Origin: Candidatus Krumholzibacteriia bacterium
GTDB taxonomy: Bacteria > Krumholzibacteriota > Krumholzibacteriia > LZORAL124-64-63
Reading direction: 5' to 3'
Assembly: GCA_963825035.1 (NCBI GenBank)
Contig: CAWGRT010000015.1
Coordinates: 170,456 to 234,455 of the forward strand
DNA length: 64,000 nt
The translations under genes and the position numbers were made by a program. The stretch's first letter is position 1, and every line of letters starts with the position of its first letter. Below the pieces are notes generated by a model. The model did not search any database, had not been told where the DNA came from, and saw only the letters and a list, made by a program, of their open reading frames with translations. Below, piece after piece: positions 53,977-64,000 of the stretch.

Positions 53977-54504
53977 ATGAAGAGCGTGGCCATCATCTCG
54001 GTGATCACCTTCGTCCTGATCTTCGGGGGCGTGTTGCTGGTCAGCACCCACCTGAACCAGGCGGCGGACGCGGCGGCGCCGCCGCCGGAGCTGGCGCCGG
54101 CGGACTACCAGGCCGCCGAGCGGGTCTTCCAGGACATGGCTGCCGAGCGCGACCGGATCCAGCGGGAGAAGGAGCAGCTCCTGTCCCTGCGGCAGGCGGT
54201 GACGGTGCAGGAGAAGGTCCTGGACCAGAGCCGGAACAAGCTGGAGGCGGTCATCGCCGAGCTGAAGGCCCGCCAGACCGAGTACGCCGAGGAGCGGGAA
54301 CGCTCGGCCGTGCGCCTGGCCAAGATGTACGAGGCCATGAAGCCCGACCAGGCCGCGCCCATCCTGTCGGCCCTCGACATGGAAGTCATCATCGAGATCA
54401 TGACCCGCATGAAGGAGCGCCCGGCGGCCAAGATCCTGGCCGAGATGGACGCCGGCCTCGCGGCCCAGATCAGCACGCGCCTCAGCTCCCGGGGAGGGGC
54501 CTAG
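53977..54504 (+). CDS. MotE/YlxF/FlbB-like protein (TM, coiled coil, MgtE-N-like domain)
   Basis: LAKMYEAMKPDQAAPIL..LD.......MKER.AAKILAEMD. Confidence 0.82.
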   Translation: MKSVAIISVITFVLIFGGVLLVSTHLNQAADAAAPPPELAPADYQAAERVFQDMAAERDRIQREKEQLLSLRQAVTVQEKVLDQSRNKLEAVIAELKARQTEYAEERERSAVRLAKMYEAMKPDQAAPILSALDMEVIIEIMTRMKERPAAKILAEMDAGLAAQISTRLSSRGGA

Positions 54505-55907
54505 TGAACATCCTGAACGGGCTCGGCGCCGCCGTGGCGTCGGCTGCCGGTGCGCCGGCCCCGGGCGTCAAGGCGCCGGCGGGCAGCGGCCTGACCGGCG
54601 GGGAAGAGGGCACGGCCGCCCTCTTCGCCAGCATCTTCGCGGCGCAGACGGAGGCGGCCCCGGCCGCGGCCTTCGGGACCGTCGCGGCGCCCGCCGACGC
54701 GGGATCCGCGGCCGGAACCGTCGACGCCGCCGCCGGTGCGGCGGCCGGAGTGGCCGCCAAGGCCCTGGCCGGGGGCGTCGTGCCGACGGTCGCCGGCGGG
54801 GCGCAAGACTCGCAGCCCGGCGCGACCGCGGCACACACCGCCCGGAGCGCCGTCGGCACGACGCAGCCCGGAGCGCCCGCCGGCGCCACGCAGCCCGGGA
54901 CCGGCCTGGTCCGGCCGTCGGCCAGCGGCGCCGCCCCGGCGCCGGGAACGATCCCCGCCGCCGCGGACGCGAACACGGGACCGGCAGCCGCCGCGGCTCC
55001 TGCGGCCGCCGTTCCCACCGCGGCGGTGGAGGCGGTCGAAGCGACCATCACCGGTGCCACGGCGCCCGCCGCGACGACGGCGCCGGACGGTTCCGGTCCG
55101 GCGGCGGCCACGCCCGCGGCGTCCACCGGCGTTCCGGTCGCGGCAATCGCCGCGACCGCGGTCGTGGCGGACTTGGCCGACAGCGCGCCCGCAGAGGACG
55201 CCGCCGACGATGATTCCGGGGCCGGAACCCGTCCCGAAGCCCCCGACCCAGCGCCGGCGGCGCCGGTTCTCGGGGCCGACGCGGCGAGCGTCGCGGCGGC
55301 GGCGGCCACCGGCGGGGGCGCCTCGACCCCGGCTGCCGTCCACGCCACCGTCCACGGGGCGGGCGATGCCGACAACGCAGCCGCGGCCACGGCCGACGGG
55401 AACCCGGCCGACGCGGCCCGGACCGCGGCGGCCCGGCCGACCGGCATGTCCTTCGGGCGGGCGGTCGCGGACGCGGCAACCCGTCCGGTGCCCCACCAGG
55501 TGGCCCAGGGCATCAGCGGCGCCCTGGCGAAGGCCGATGCACCCCAGCAGCTGACCCTGCAGCTGAACCCCGAATCCCTCGGCCGCGTGGACGTCCACTT
55601 CGACGCCCGCGGCGACCACCTGACGGTCACCCTGACCGCCGGCCAGGCCGCGGCCGGGCAGGCCCTCAAGGAGGGCCTGGACGACCTGACCGATTCCATC
55701 CTCAAGCGCGGCGACCGGTTCCAGACCGTGGAGATCCGGGTCGAGCAGCGCGAGCCGACGAACTCCCGCCAGGACCTGCGGCAGGACGGCCGCCGCGAGG
55801 GCCAGGCGCGGAGCGACGAAGGACGGGGCGGCGGCCGCCAGCCGCGCCGCGACCAGCCCGGCAACACCGCCGAGGCGTGGTACGACCTCGCCAGGGGAGG
55901 ACGCTAG
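54504..55907 (+). CDS. fliK: hook-length control protein FliK
   Basis: Long Ala/Pro/Thr low-complexity region then LQLNPESLGRVDV T3S4 domain; before flgD. Confidence 0.85.
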   Translation: MNILNGLGAAVASAAGAPAPGVKAPAGSGLTGGEEGTAALFASIFAAQTEAAPAAAFGTVAAPADAGSAAGTVDAAAGAAAGVAAKALAGGVVPTVAGGAQDSQPGATAAHTARSAVGTTQPGAPAGATQPGTGLVRPSASGAAPAPGTIPAAADANTGPAAAAAPAAAVPTAAVEAVEATITGATAPAATTAPDGSGPAAATPAASTGVPVAAIAATAVVADLADSAPAEDAADDDSGAGTRPEAPDPAPAAPVLGADAASVAAAAATGGGASTPAAVHATVHGAGDADNAAAATADGNPADAARTAAARPTGMSFGRAVADAATRPVPHQVAQGISGALAKADAPQQLTLQLNPESLGRVDVHFDARGDHLTVTLTAGQAAAGQALKEGLDDLTDSILKRGDRFQTVEIRVEQREPTNSRQDLRQDGRREGQARSDEGRGGGRQPRRDQPGNTAEAWYDLARGGR

Positions 55908-56559
55908 ATGAGCTACATCCCGGGAATCACCGACGGGACCGGCACCGTGCTGGGCGCCGCTGTCGCGTGACTACTCGCAGATCGACAAGCTGGACTTCAT
56001 GCAGCTGCTGGTGGCCCAGATCCAGAACCAGGATCCCCTCAGCCCCATGGACAACGCCCAGTTCACCGGGCAGATCACCCAGTTCACCATGCTGGACGAG
56101 ATGAAGAGCCAGAGCGCCAAGTTGGACGAGAACCTGGCCATGGCCCAGTCCATCAACAACACGGCGATGCTGGGCCTGGTGGGCAAGCAGGTGACGGTGG
56201 AGGGCAACGGCGTGTCCGTCAGCGACGGCAAGGCCACCGAGACGGTGATCGCCGCCAAGGGCACGGGCACCGCCGTCATCCAGGTCAAGGACGCCACCGG
56301 CAAGGTGGTGCGCACCTATCCGGCCGGCGTGGACACCGGGCTGAACACGGTGACCTGGGACGGCAAGCTGGACAACGGCGACGTGGCCGCCGACGGGGAC
56401 TACACCGTCTCCGTGTCGGTGACCAACGGCGACGCCGCCGTGGACTTCACCACGCTGATGACCGGCCCCGTGCAGGGGCTGCGCTACGTGAACAACGCCG
56501 CCGTCGTCATGGTCGGCGGGCAGGAATACTACGTTTCCGACATCTACAAGGTGAGCTGA
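55908..56559 (+). CDS. flgD: hook cap FlgD; 5' frameshift
   Basis: DF.QLLVAQ.QNQDPL.PMDN.QF..Q..QF, WDG...G....DG.Y. Confidence 0.95.
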
Positions 56560-56603
56560 GGTCGCGCGCCCTCGCGGCGCGGCATCCCAACCGGGAGGAT
56601 TCC

Positions 56604-58652
56604 ATGTTCAAGTCCCTGTACTCCGGTGTTTCGGGCCTGTCGGCCAACCTGACGAACCTGGACGTGATCGGCAACAACATCGCCAACAGCAACACGGTGG
56701 GTTTCAAGTCCGGACGGGTGACCTTCAACGAGATGCTCGCCCAGACCCTGCAGTCGGCCTCGCGGCCGGTCAGCGGCGGTCTCGGCGGCGTCAACCCGCA
56801 GCAGGTGGGCCTGGGCACCCGCGTGGGCAGCATCGACAGCAACTTCACCCAGGGGAACTTCGAGACCACGGGCAACAAGACGGACCTGGCCATCCAGGGC
56901 AACGGGTTCTTCATCCTCAGCGACGGCACCAGCCGCACCTACACCCGGGCGGGCGTCTTCGGCATGGACAGCGACAACTACCTGGTCAGCCCGTCCACCG
57001 GCCTGAAGGTCCAGGGCGTGATGGCCGACGCCAACGGCGTCATCGGCACCGGCCCCATGGAGGACATCTACATCGATCCGGGCCTGGTGGTGCCGGCCCA
57101 GCCGTCGACCACGGTGCAGCTGATGGGCAACCTGGACGCCAGCGCCGACGCCCAGGCCACGGTGATGCAGAGCCGCACGTTCCTGGCGGCGGCCGACGGC
57201 ACCGACCTGCTGACCGGGCTCAACGGCAGCACCCAGGGCCCCCTGGGCCTGAACGTGGGGGACGCGGTGACCATCAACGGACAGACCGCGGGTGCCGCGC
57301 TCAGCACGGGCTCCTTCGTCATCGACTCGGACAGCACCTACCAGGACCTGGTGGACTGGCTCAACAGCGAGATGGGCGCCCAGCCCGTCAACGTCAGCTT
57401 CGCCATCGGCAGCGGCGGCGAACTGCAGGTGACCAACAACGAGGCGGGCGCCATCGACGGCCTCTCCCTGACGGTCACCGCCAACACCGGCTTCAACCAG
57501 AACCTGGTGTTCGACTGCCACCATCGACCCGGGGACGACGCTCGACGAGCGCCGGCCTGCGTGCCTACGCCACGGGCACCGACACCCTGGCCAGCCTCTA
57601 CGACGCGTCCGGCAACCCCCTGAACATCGACTTCAGCACCGGGACGGCCGGCCTGCTCATCGGCGGTTCGGTGGGCGGCGACAGCATCGCCGACCGCACC
57701 GTCCCGGTGACCGCCGCCTCGACCCTGCAGGACCTGGCCCATGGAGTTCCAGTACGCCCTGGGCGCCCACTCCACGCCGGCCGCCATCAACGACACGGGC
57801 CAGATGGTGGTCACCGGCGAGGTGGGCACGGACGCGGCCATCAGCGAGATCTCGGTGCAGGAGGACGGGCGCATCAACTCGACCCTGGAGTCGGCGTTCG
57901 GCTTCGCCCAGACCCAGCAGGCCACCGACCAGAAGACCTTCACGGTCTCGACCACGGCCTACGACTCCCTGGGCGGCGAGCACACCGTGAGCTTCGACTT
58001 CAAGAAGGTCGCGGGCCTGAACGAGTGGATCTGGAACGCGCAGGTCGAGGGCGGCGAGACCATCCTGACGGGCCAGTCGGGGCGGGTCGACCTTCTCGGA
58101 CACCGGCGCCATCAGCAGCTTCACCTACGACGACCAGTCGGGCGCCATCACCTTCCGGCCCCAGGACGCGGGCCAGGAGGGCGCCGGCGTGGTCTCGCTG
58201 GTGGTGGACTACGGCACCGTGGGCGCCCTGACCGGCCTGACCCAGTTCGAGGGCACCGGCAACCTGCGTTCCATCGCCGACGGCTACGGCTCGGGCACCC
58301 TGGTGGACTACGACATCGACCAGAGCGGCGTGATCACCGGCATCTTCAGCAACGACACCATGCAGGCCATCGCCCGGCATCGGCATGGCGCAGTTCTCCA
58401 ACGCCGTCCGGCCTGATGCGGGAGGCCAACAACACCTACCGCCTGAGCGGCAACTCGGGTCAGGCCATGGAGACCTTCGCCGGCCTGGGCAACGGCGTCA
58501 GCCTGGTGCCCGGGGCCCTGGAGACCAGCAACGTGGACCTGGCCAAGGAGTTCACCAGCCTGGTGGTGGCGCAGCGGGCCTTCCAGGCCAACAGCCGGGT
58601 CATCACCACCGCCGACCAGGTCATGCAGGAGCTGGTGAACCTGATCCGGTAG
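56604..58652 (+). CDS. flgE: hook protein FlgE, long form; frameshifts
   Basis: SL.SGVSGL, DVIGNNIAN.NT.GFKS.R..F, DLAIQGNGFF, YTRAG.F, YDSLGG.H, LE.SNVDLA.EFT.L..AQRAFQANSRVITT. Confidence 0.95.
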
Positions 58653-58748
58653 GCGGCCGTAAGGCCGATCCCGGCGCCGCCGGGCCGGGGCCGCCCGTAG
58701 GCCCCGGCCCTTCCGGCCGCGACGCGACGCGTCAAGGAGCTAAAGTCC

Positions 58749-58973
58749 ATGATCAAAGTCACGAAACTTAACGGGAGAGAGCTGGTGGTGAACGCCGACC
58801 TGATCGAGTTCATCGAGTCCACTCCCGACACGCTGATCAGCCTGACCACCGGGCGCAAGATCATGGTGCTGGAGGACCTGGACGACGTGGTGACCAGGGC
58901 GGTTTCCTACCGCAGCAGGGCGCGCATCTACCCGATCCCGACCGGGGGCACCGGTTCGGTGTTCGAGGGCTGA
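58749..58973 (+). CDS. flbD: FlbD/SwrD family protein
   Basis: MI.VTKLNG....NADLIE.IESTPDT.I.LTTG.K..V.E. Confidence 0.93.
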   Translation: MIKVTKLNGRELVVNADLIEFIESTPDTLISLTTGRKIMVLEDLDDVVTRAVSYRSRARIYPIPTGGTGSVFEG

Positions 58974-59005
58974 CCCTCCCGGAGGGCGGCGAAGGGGACC
59001 AGGGC

Positions 59006-59789
59006 GTGGACATCGCAACTGTCGTCGGCCTCGTCTTGGCGTTCGGTCTGATCGTCTGGTCCATCCTGCTGGGCGGCGACCTGAGCGGCTTCATCGACAT
59101 GCCCTCGGTGGCGGTCGTGCTCGGCGGCACCCTCGGCGCCATGCTCGTGAACTTCCCCCTGCAGCGCGTCATCGGCGTGGCCGGCGTCCTCAAGAAGGCC
59201 TTCCTCTTCTCCGTCGAGGACCCCGACGTGGTGATCGGCAAGCTGGTCAAGTACGCCGAACGGGCCCGCCGCGAGGGCATGCTGGCCCTGGAGGAGGATT
59301 CGGAGAACGAGCCCGACGCCTTCCTGCGCAAGGGCCTGCGCCTGGCCGTGGACGGCACCGATCCCCAGCTGCTGGAGAAGATCCTCGAGACGGACCTCGA
59401 GCAGATCGAGAGCCGCCACGCCGAGGGCGCCAAGGTCCTGGCGGCCGGCGGCACCTTCGCGCCGGCCTTCGGCATGATCGGCACCCTGATCGGCCTGGTG
59501 AACATGCTCTCGGCCCTGGAGGACCCGAGCCAGATCGGCGCGGGCATGGCCACCGCCCTGCATCACCACCTTCTACGGCGCGGTCCTGGCCAACGCCTTC
59601 TTCCTGCCCATGGCGGGCAAGCTGGAGACGCGCTCCAAGGAGGAGATGCTCATCAAGCAGATGGTCATCGACGGCATCATGGCCATCCAGAGCGGCGATT
59701 CGCCCCGGATCGTCGAGGAGAAGCTGAAGTCCTTCCTCTCGCCGACCCTGCGTCGCAAGATGGACGAGTCCAAGGAACAGGCCGCCTGA
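59006..59789 (+). CDS. motA: stator MotA/PomA; frameshift near 59560
   Basis: MDIAT..G, VLGGT, ARREG.LALE, GL.L.VDG, APAFGMIGTLIGLV.ML, TTFYG...AN..F.P. Confidence 0.96.
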
Positions 59790-59837
59790 CCGGGCGTCCG
59801 CCGGTGACCGGTCCAGACGGCGTCAGGAGAGGCCCCC

Positions 59838-60706
59838 ATGGCCCGGAAGAAGAACATCACGGTCAAGAAGGGCCTCGACGAGTGGGTCATGACCTACGGG
59901 GACATGATGAGCCTGCTGCTCACGTTCTTCGTGCTCATCGTCTCGTTCTCGTCCATGCAGGAGGTCAAGTTCCAGCAGGCGGCCCAGTCGCTGAAGGACG
60001 CCTTCGGGGTCATGGCCGAACCCCGAGGCGGTGATCGAACTGAACCAGCCCCTCCTGCCCAACACCAACTACCGCGAGAGCGACCAGGATTTCCTGTACG
60101 AGGTGCGCAGCGTCGAGAAGGAGATCCTCGACGAGAAGCGGCAGGACGACGTGCAGGTGGAGATCCGCGACGACGGCGTCCTGTTCCGCATGACCGCGCC
60201 CGTTCCTCTTCGCCTCCGGCCAGGCCGACCTGAGACCCGAGGCCGCGCCCCTGCTGGACCGCCTGGCCCGCATGTTCCGCAAGTTCCCCGCCGAGGTGCG
60301 GGTGGAGGGGCACACCGACGACGTGCCCATCCACACGGCCCGTTTTCCCTCCAACTGGGACCTTTCGGCCGCCCGGGCCGTGGCGGTGGCACGATACTTT
60401 CAATCGGCGGGACTGCCGGCCGACCGGCTGGCCGCCACGGGCTACGGCGAGAACCGCCCCGTGGCGACCAACGACACCCCCGAGGGGCGGACGGCCAACC
60501 GCCGGGTGGAGATCCTCCTGAAGTGGAGCGGCCGGGACGTGCCCCGGCAGGGGGATCTGCCCCTGAAGGAGCCCGGGCAGACCGCCGCGGCGGCCCCGGA
60601 CCCGGCGGCGGCGGCGGCCGGCGCGACTGCGCGCGACGATCATCGACCCCGTGACGAGCCGCCTGCGGCCCCTGCCGGGCCCGGTCGGGAAGTGACAAGG
60701 AGCTGA
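59838..60706 (+). CDS. motB: stator MotB/PomB; frameshifts
   Basis: W.MTYGDMMSLLLTFFVL, VEGHTDD.PI....FPSNWDLSAARA, NRRVEI. Confidence 0.95.
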
Positions 60707-60709
60707 CCC

Positions 60710-61238
60710 ATGGCCGACGAGAAATCTGACGTCCAGGCAGGACAGGGCGGCAAGTCGAAGCTCGCCTTCCTCGAGAACAAGGTGGTCATGCTGGGCGTGA
60801 TCGTCGTGCTGCAGGTGGTGGTGGCCATCGGGCTGACCCAGTTCGTGATCCTGCCGCGCCTGGGCGTGCAGGCCGCGGCCACGACCGAGGAGAATCCGGC
60901 CAGGATCGCCGCCAAGCGCCGAGCTGCCCGAGCTGGGACAGCTGGTCAACCTCGACGAGATCATCGTCACCCTGGACGCGGACGCCCGCCAGCCGCGCTA
61001 CCTGCGCATCGACGTGAACCTGGAGGTGCGCGACGCCGCCGTGGCCAAGGTCGCCACCGACCGCATCCCCAGCTCCGGGACATCGTGATCATGGCCCTCT
61101 CGGACAAGACCGTCGAGGACCTCGTCGACCCCGGCGGGCAAGAAGAACCTGCGCGACGAGATCTTCCGGGACATCGCGGCGCGGATGCCCGAGGGCACCC
61201 TGATGAACGTCTACTTCTCCGACCTGGTCGTCCAGTGA
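60710..61238 (+). CDS. fliL: FliL; frameshifts
   Basis: N-terminal TM, IV.L....RYLR, PQLRD.VI..LS.KT, NVYFSDLVVQ*. Confidence 0.88.
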
Positions 61239-61256
61239 CCGAACCGAGGAACCGAC

Positions 61257-62297
61257 GTGGCGCCTGACGACCTGGACCTCATCAACGACGACCTGGACCT
61301 GGACCTCGAGGCGGCCATCGGCGCGGCCGAGGACCTGGCCGGGCGCGGTGGGCGACGCGACGGGCGTCGACATGGAGGCCGTGCTCAACGCGGATCCGCC
61401 AGGACGACGAATCCGCGGGCCCGCGCGCCCTACGACTTCAACCGGCCCCACAACATCTCGCGGGCCTTCGCCAACAACCTGCAGGCGGTGGCCGAGTCCT
61501 TCGCCAAGACCGCCGGCATCGACTTCACGAGCCTGGTGCGCGCGTCGGTCCAGGTGGAGTACCGGGGCCTGCGCCAGTGCACCTACGCCGAATACCTGGA
61601 GGAGCTGCCCAACCCCACCAGCGCGGCCCTGTTCACCCTGGAGCCCCTGAAGGGCCAGTCGATCCTGCACCTGGACCTGGGCCTGTGCTTCGTCTTCATG
61701 CAGAAGCTGCTGGGCGGGGCGCTGGACGCCCAGACCACCGTGCGCGAGTTCACGGAGATCGAGCGGGGCATCAACGCCGGCCTGGTGGAGCGCTTCCTGG
61801 AGATCCTGCGGCGCAGCCTGGCCAAGTTCACCGAGGCCCGTCCGGCCTTCGTGCGCCTGGAGAACAACCCCGGCTACCTGGGCGGCATGGCCGAGGGCGA
61901 ATCGCTGATCATCCTGCGCTTCAACGTGCAGATGGGGGCGGCCGAGGGCCCCTGCGACCTGGCCTTTCCCCTGACCGCCTTCGGGCCGGTGCGGGAGGTC
62001 TTCGACCCCCGCGACCAGGTGGAGATGCGCACGGAGAGCGAGCTGCGCGACGACCGGCGCCGCATCCTGAGCATGGTCCAGGGCACCGCCAGCGAACTGA
62101 TCGTGGAACTGGGCTCGTTCGGCGCCAGCCTGGAGGAGGTGCTGGCCCTGAAGGAGGGCCAGATCCTGCACCTGCCCCAGGCCGTGGACACGCCCCTGAA
62201 GGTACGCATCGAGGGACAGGACAGCTGGCTGGGCGAGGCGGGCCGCATCGGCCCGAACCGCGCCGTCCGGCTGGTCCGCAAGCTGACCAAGGAGTAG
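61257..62297 (+). CDS. fliM: C-ring FliM
   Basis: YDFNRP, Y.EY...LP.P, LLGG, REFTEIE, C-terminal SpoA domain. Confidence 0.9.
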   Translation: MAPDDLDLINDDLDLDLEAAIGAAEDLAGRGGRRDGRRHGGRAQRGSARTTNPRARAPYDFNRPHNISRAFANNLQAVAESFAKTAGIDFTSLVRASVQVEYRGLRQCTYAEYLEELPNPTSAALFTLEPLKGQSILHLDLGLCFVFMQKLLGGALDAQTTVREFTEIERGINAGLVERFLEILRRSLAKFTEARPAFVRLENNPGYLGGMAEGESLIILRFNVQMGAAEGPCDLAFPLTAFGPVREVFDPRDQVEMRTESELRDDRRRILSMVQGTASELIVELGSFGASLEEVLALKEGQILHLPQAVDTPLKVRIEGQDSWLGEAGRIGPNRAVRLVRKLTKE

Positions 62298-62300
62298 CCG

Positions 62301-62663
62301 ATGAGCAACGAGCAGACCCCCGGCGCCGGAACGCCGACCAGCCGTGCCTGGACGCCGAGTCGGCCTCCCTGCTGCGGGACCTGGGGGACGCGGTGCCCAG
62401 CGCCGACAACCTGGACCTGCTGCTGGACGTGAACCTGCAGGTCTCGGTGGAGCTGGGCCGCGCCCGCCTGAAGTTCCGGGACGTGCTCGAACCTGGCCCA
62501 GGGTTCGGTGGTCGAACTGTCCCGCCAGTCCAGCGAGCCCGTGGACATCATGGTCAACGGCGCCCTGCTGGCCACGGGCGAGGTGGTGGTGGTGGACGAC
62601 CACTTCGCCGTCCGGGTCACCAAGCTTCTGAACCGGGTCGAACGCCTCAAGAGGGTGCTGTGA
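62301..62663 (+). CDS. fliN: C-ring FliN; frameshifts
   Basis: NLDLLLDV.L.VSVELGR, GSVVEL, EPVDI.VNG.L.A.GEVVVVD..F.VRVT. Confidence 0.93.
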
Positions 62664-63105
62664 CCCTGTTCACGGCAACCGACGCGGCTGCCCCTGCTGG
62701 CGGGCGGCCGGCGGCCGTCCTGGTGGCAGACCGCCGGCGGCCTGCTGGCCGTCTTCGGCCTGCTCTTCGCTCTGCCTGAAGCTGCTGGCCCGCTGGAACC
62801 GCCGCGGCGCGTCCGGCCGGGCCGCGGTCCTGGCCGTCTGGCCCCTGGGCCCGAAGCGGGAGATCCAGGTGCTGCGCCTGGCGGACGACGTCCACTACGT
62901 CTACCGCCACGACGGCGCCATGGTGCTGCTGCGCCAGGAGTGCCTCGCCGACTGGGAGCGCAGCCGCGCGGCCGAAGCCCGCCGTGCCCCGGACGCCGGC
63001 ACCGACGGGCCCCGCAGCCTGAAGGATCTGCTGCGCGCCGGCCGCCCTGCCGCGGCCGTCCCGACCCGGCCGCCGCGCCCCGGCGGCGACCTGTCCGCCC
63101 CCTGA
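62660..63105 (+). CDS. fliO: FliO/FliZ; frameshifts
   Basis: TM then VLA..PLGPKR...VLR; between fliN and fliP. Confidence 0.7.
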
Positions 63106-63234
63106 TCCGTCCCTGACCACCCGTCGTCCGCTTCCCGACCGGCCCGCGGCCCTCCCGGGCCTTTTCCGTCCCGCCAAACCGCTGTCCCCGAGCCGATTGA
63201 GGCCGTTCCGGCGACCGGGCGCCGGCGCCGCCCG

Positions 63235-63249
63235 TGGCACGCCCATTGC
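63235..63249 (+). promoter_or_regulatory. sigma54 promoter of the fliP operon
   Basis: TGGCACGCCCATTGC, near-perfect consensus. Confidence 0.85.
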
Positions 63250-63293
63250 CTTGACGAGGAGACGTCCGACGTCCCGAACCGGAGAAGACCGCC

Positions 63294-64000
63294 TTGCCGC
63301 ACGCCTCCCGCACCTGGATCCTGGCCCTGGCCGCGCTCGTCGTGGTCCTGGGGATCGCGGCCCCCGCCGCGGCCCAGGACGCGGCCCCGCCCGCGTCCAT
63401 CAAGCCCGTGACCGCCGACAGCCCGGTGCTGACCTTCAAGCTGGAAGGGTCCCAGGGCGTGCAGGGCCATGGACTCGGCCCTGAAGATCGTCCTGCTGAT
63501 GACGGTCCTCTCCCTGGCGCCGGCCTTCCTGATCCTGATGACCAGCTTCACCCGCATCGTCATCGTGCTGGGGTTCCTGCGCCAGGCCATCGGCGCCAAC
63601 CAGGCGCCCAACAACCAGATCATCATCGGGCTGGCCCTGTTCCTGACCGTGGTGGTGATGTCGCCGACCTTCAAGCAGATCAACGACGACGCCCTGCAGC
63701 CCTTCCTGGCCGAGCAGATCAGCCAGGGCGAGGCCCTCACGCAGGCCGAGGCGCCCCTGAAGGAGTTCATGCTGGCCCAGGTCCGGGAGAAGGACATCGC
63801 CCTGTTCCTGGACCTGACCGAGACCGCCGGCGCCCGAGACGCCGGAGGAGCTCTCCATGCTGGTGGTGGTGCCCGCGCTTCGTGATCGGCGAGCTGAAGA
63901 CCGCCTTCCAGATGGGCTTCGTGCTCTTCATCCCCTTCCTGATCATCGACATGGTGGTCGCCTCGGTCCTGATGTCCATGGGCATGATGATGCTGCCGCC
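63294..64000 (+). CDS. fliP: export gate FliP, truncated by the window edge; frameshifts
   Basis: [37 protein letters not shown]; [10 protein letters not shown]....[20 protein letters not shown]. Confidence 0.95.
   Translation, partial: MPHASRTWILALAALVVVLGIAAPAAAQDAAPPASIKPVTADSPVLTFKLEGSQGVQGHGLGPEDRPADDGPLPGAGLPDPDDQLHPHRHRAGVPAPGHRRQPGAQQPDHHRAGPVPDRGGDVADLQADQRRRPAALPGRADQPGRGPHAGRGAPEGVHAGPGPGEGHRPVPGPDRDRRRPRRRRSSPCWWWCPRFVIGELKTAFQMGFVLFIPFLIIDMVVASVLMSMGMMMLP

Noticed and set aside
54504-55500. Repeat array or CRISPR in the Ala-rich region
   Set aside because: It is the low-complexity FliK ruler sequence, and no regular repeat-spacer array was seen anywhere in the window.
57110-57140. 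Spirochete-type lysinoalanine cross-link site in FlgE
   Set aside because: The motif reads MGNLD, without the catalytic Cys before NL.

Overview
Very GC-rich (roughly 70% by eye) diderm bacterial chromosome segment with no mobile element or CRISPR array. An FCB-type bS22 gene and an alternative GlmU-like gene suggest, by inference only, an FCB-associated candidate lineage such as Krumholzibacteria, Latescibacteria or Eisenbacteria. Many genes carry single-base frameshifts that look like long-read indel errors. The first 20.7 kb hold the 3' end of pruA, a degenerate Fic protein, divergent tRNA-Leu(CAA) and tRNA-Ala(GGC), and a TetR-TolC-MFP-RND efflux operon whose RND ends in a DUF805 domain. 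They also hold a monoheme cytochrome c / DUF3373 beta-barrel / octaheme OTR-type operon, a mini rod-like gene, HU/IHF, bS22, a PilZ protein and a hybrid kinase. From 20.9 kb to the end lies a large flagellar cluster: flgFGAHIJ-flgNKL-fliW-csrA, fliT?-fliS-fliD-flaG, three short flagellins, GNAT and GT2 genes, flgM, two HK/sigma54-EBP pairs, flgBC-fliEFGHIJ, motE-like-fliK-flgDE-flbD-motAB-fliLMNO and a partial fliP. The best leads are (i) a sigma28-driven ~310-nt flagellin leader with ANGGAN hexaloop hairpins, possibly a CsrA sponge or sRNA, in a locus that also encodes FliW and CsrA; (ii) a sigma70/sigma54/sigma28 regulatory cascade readable from the DNA, with a recurrent GGCA-N5-TGCC upstream palindrome; (iii) a sensor-less kinase module; and (iv) the porin-cytochrome-OTR module.
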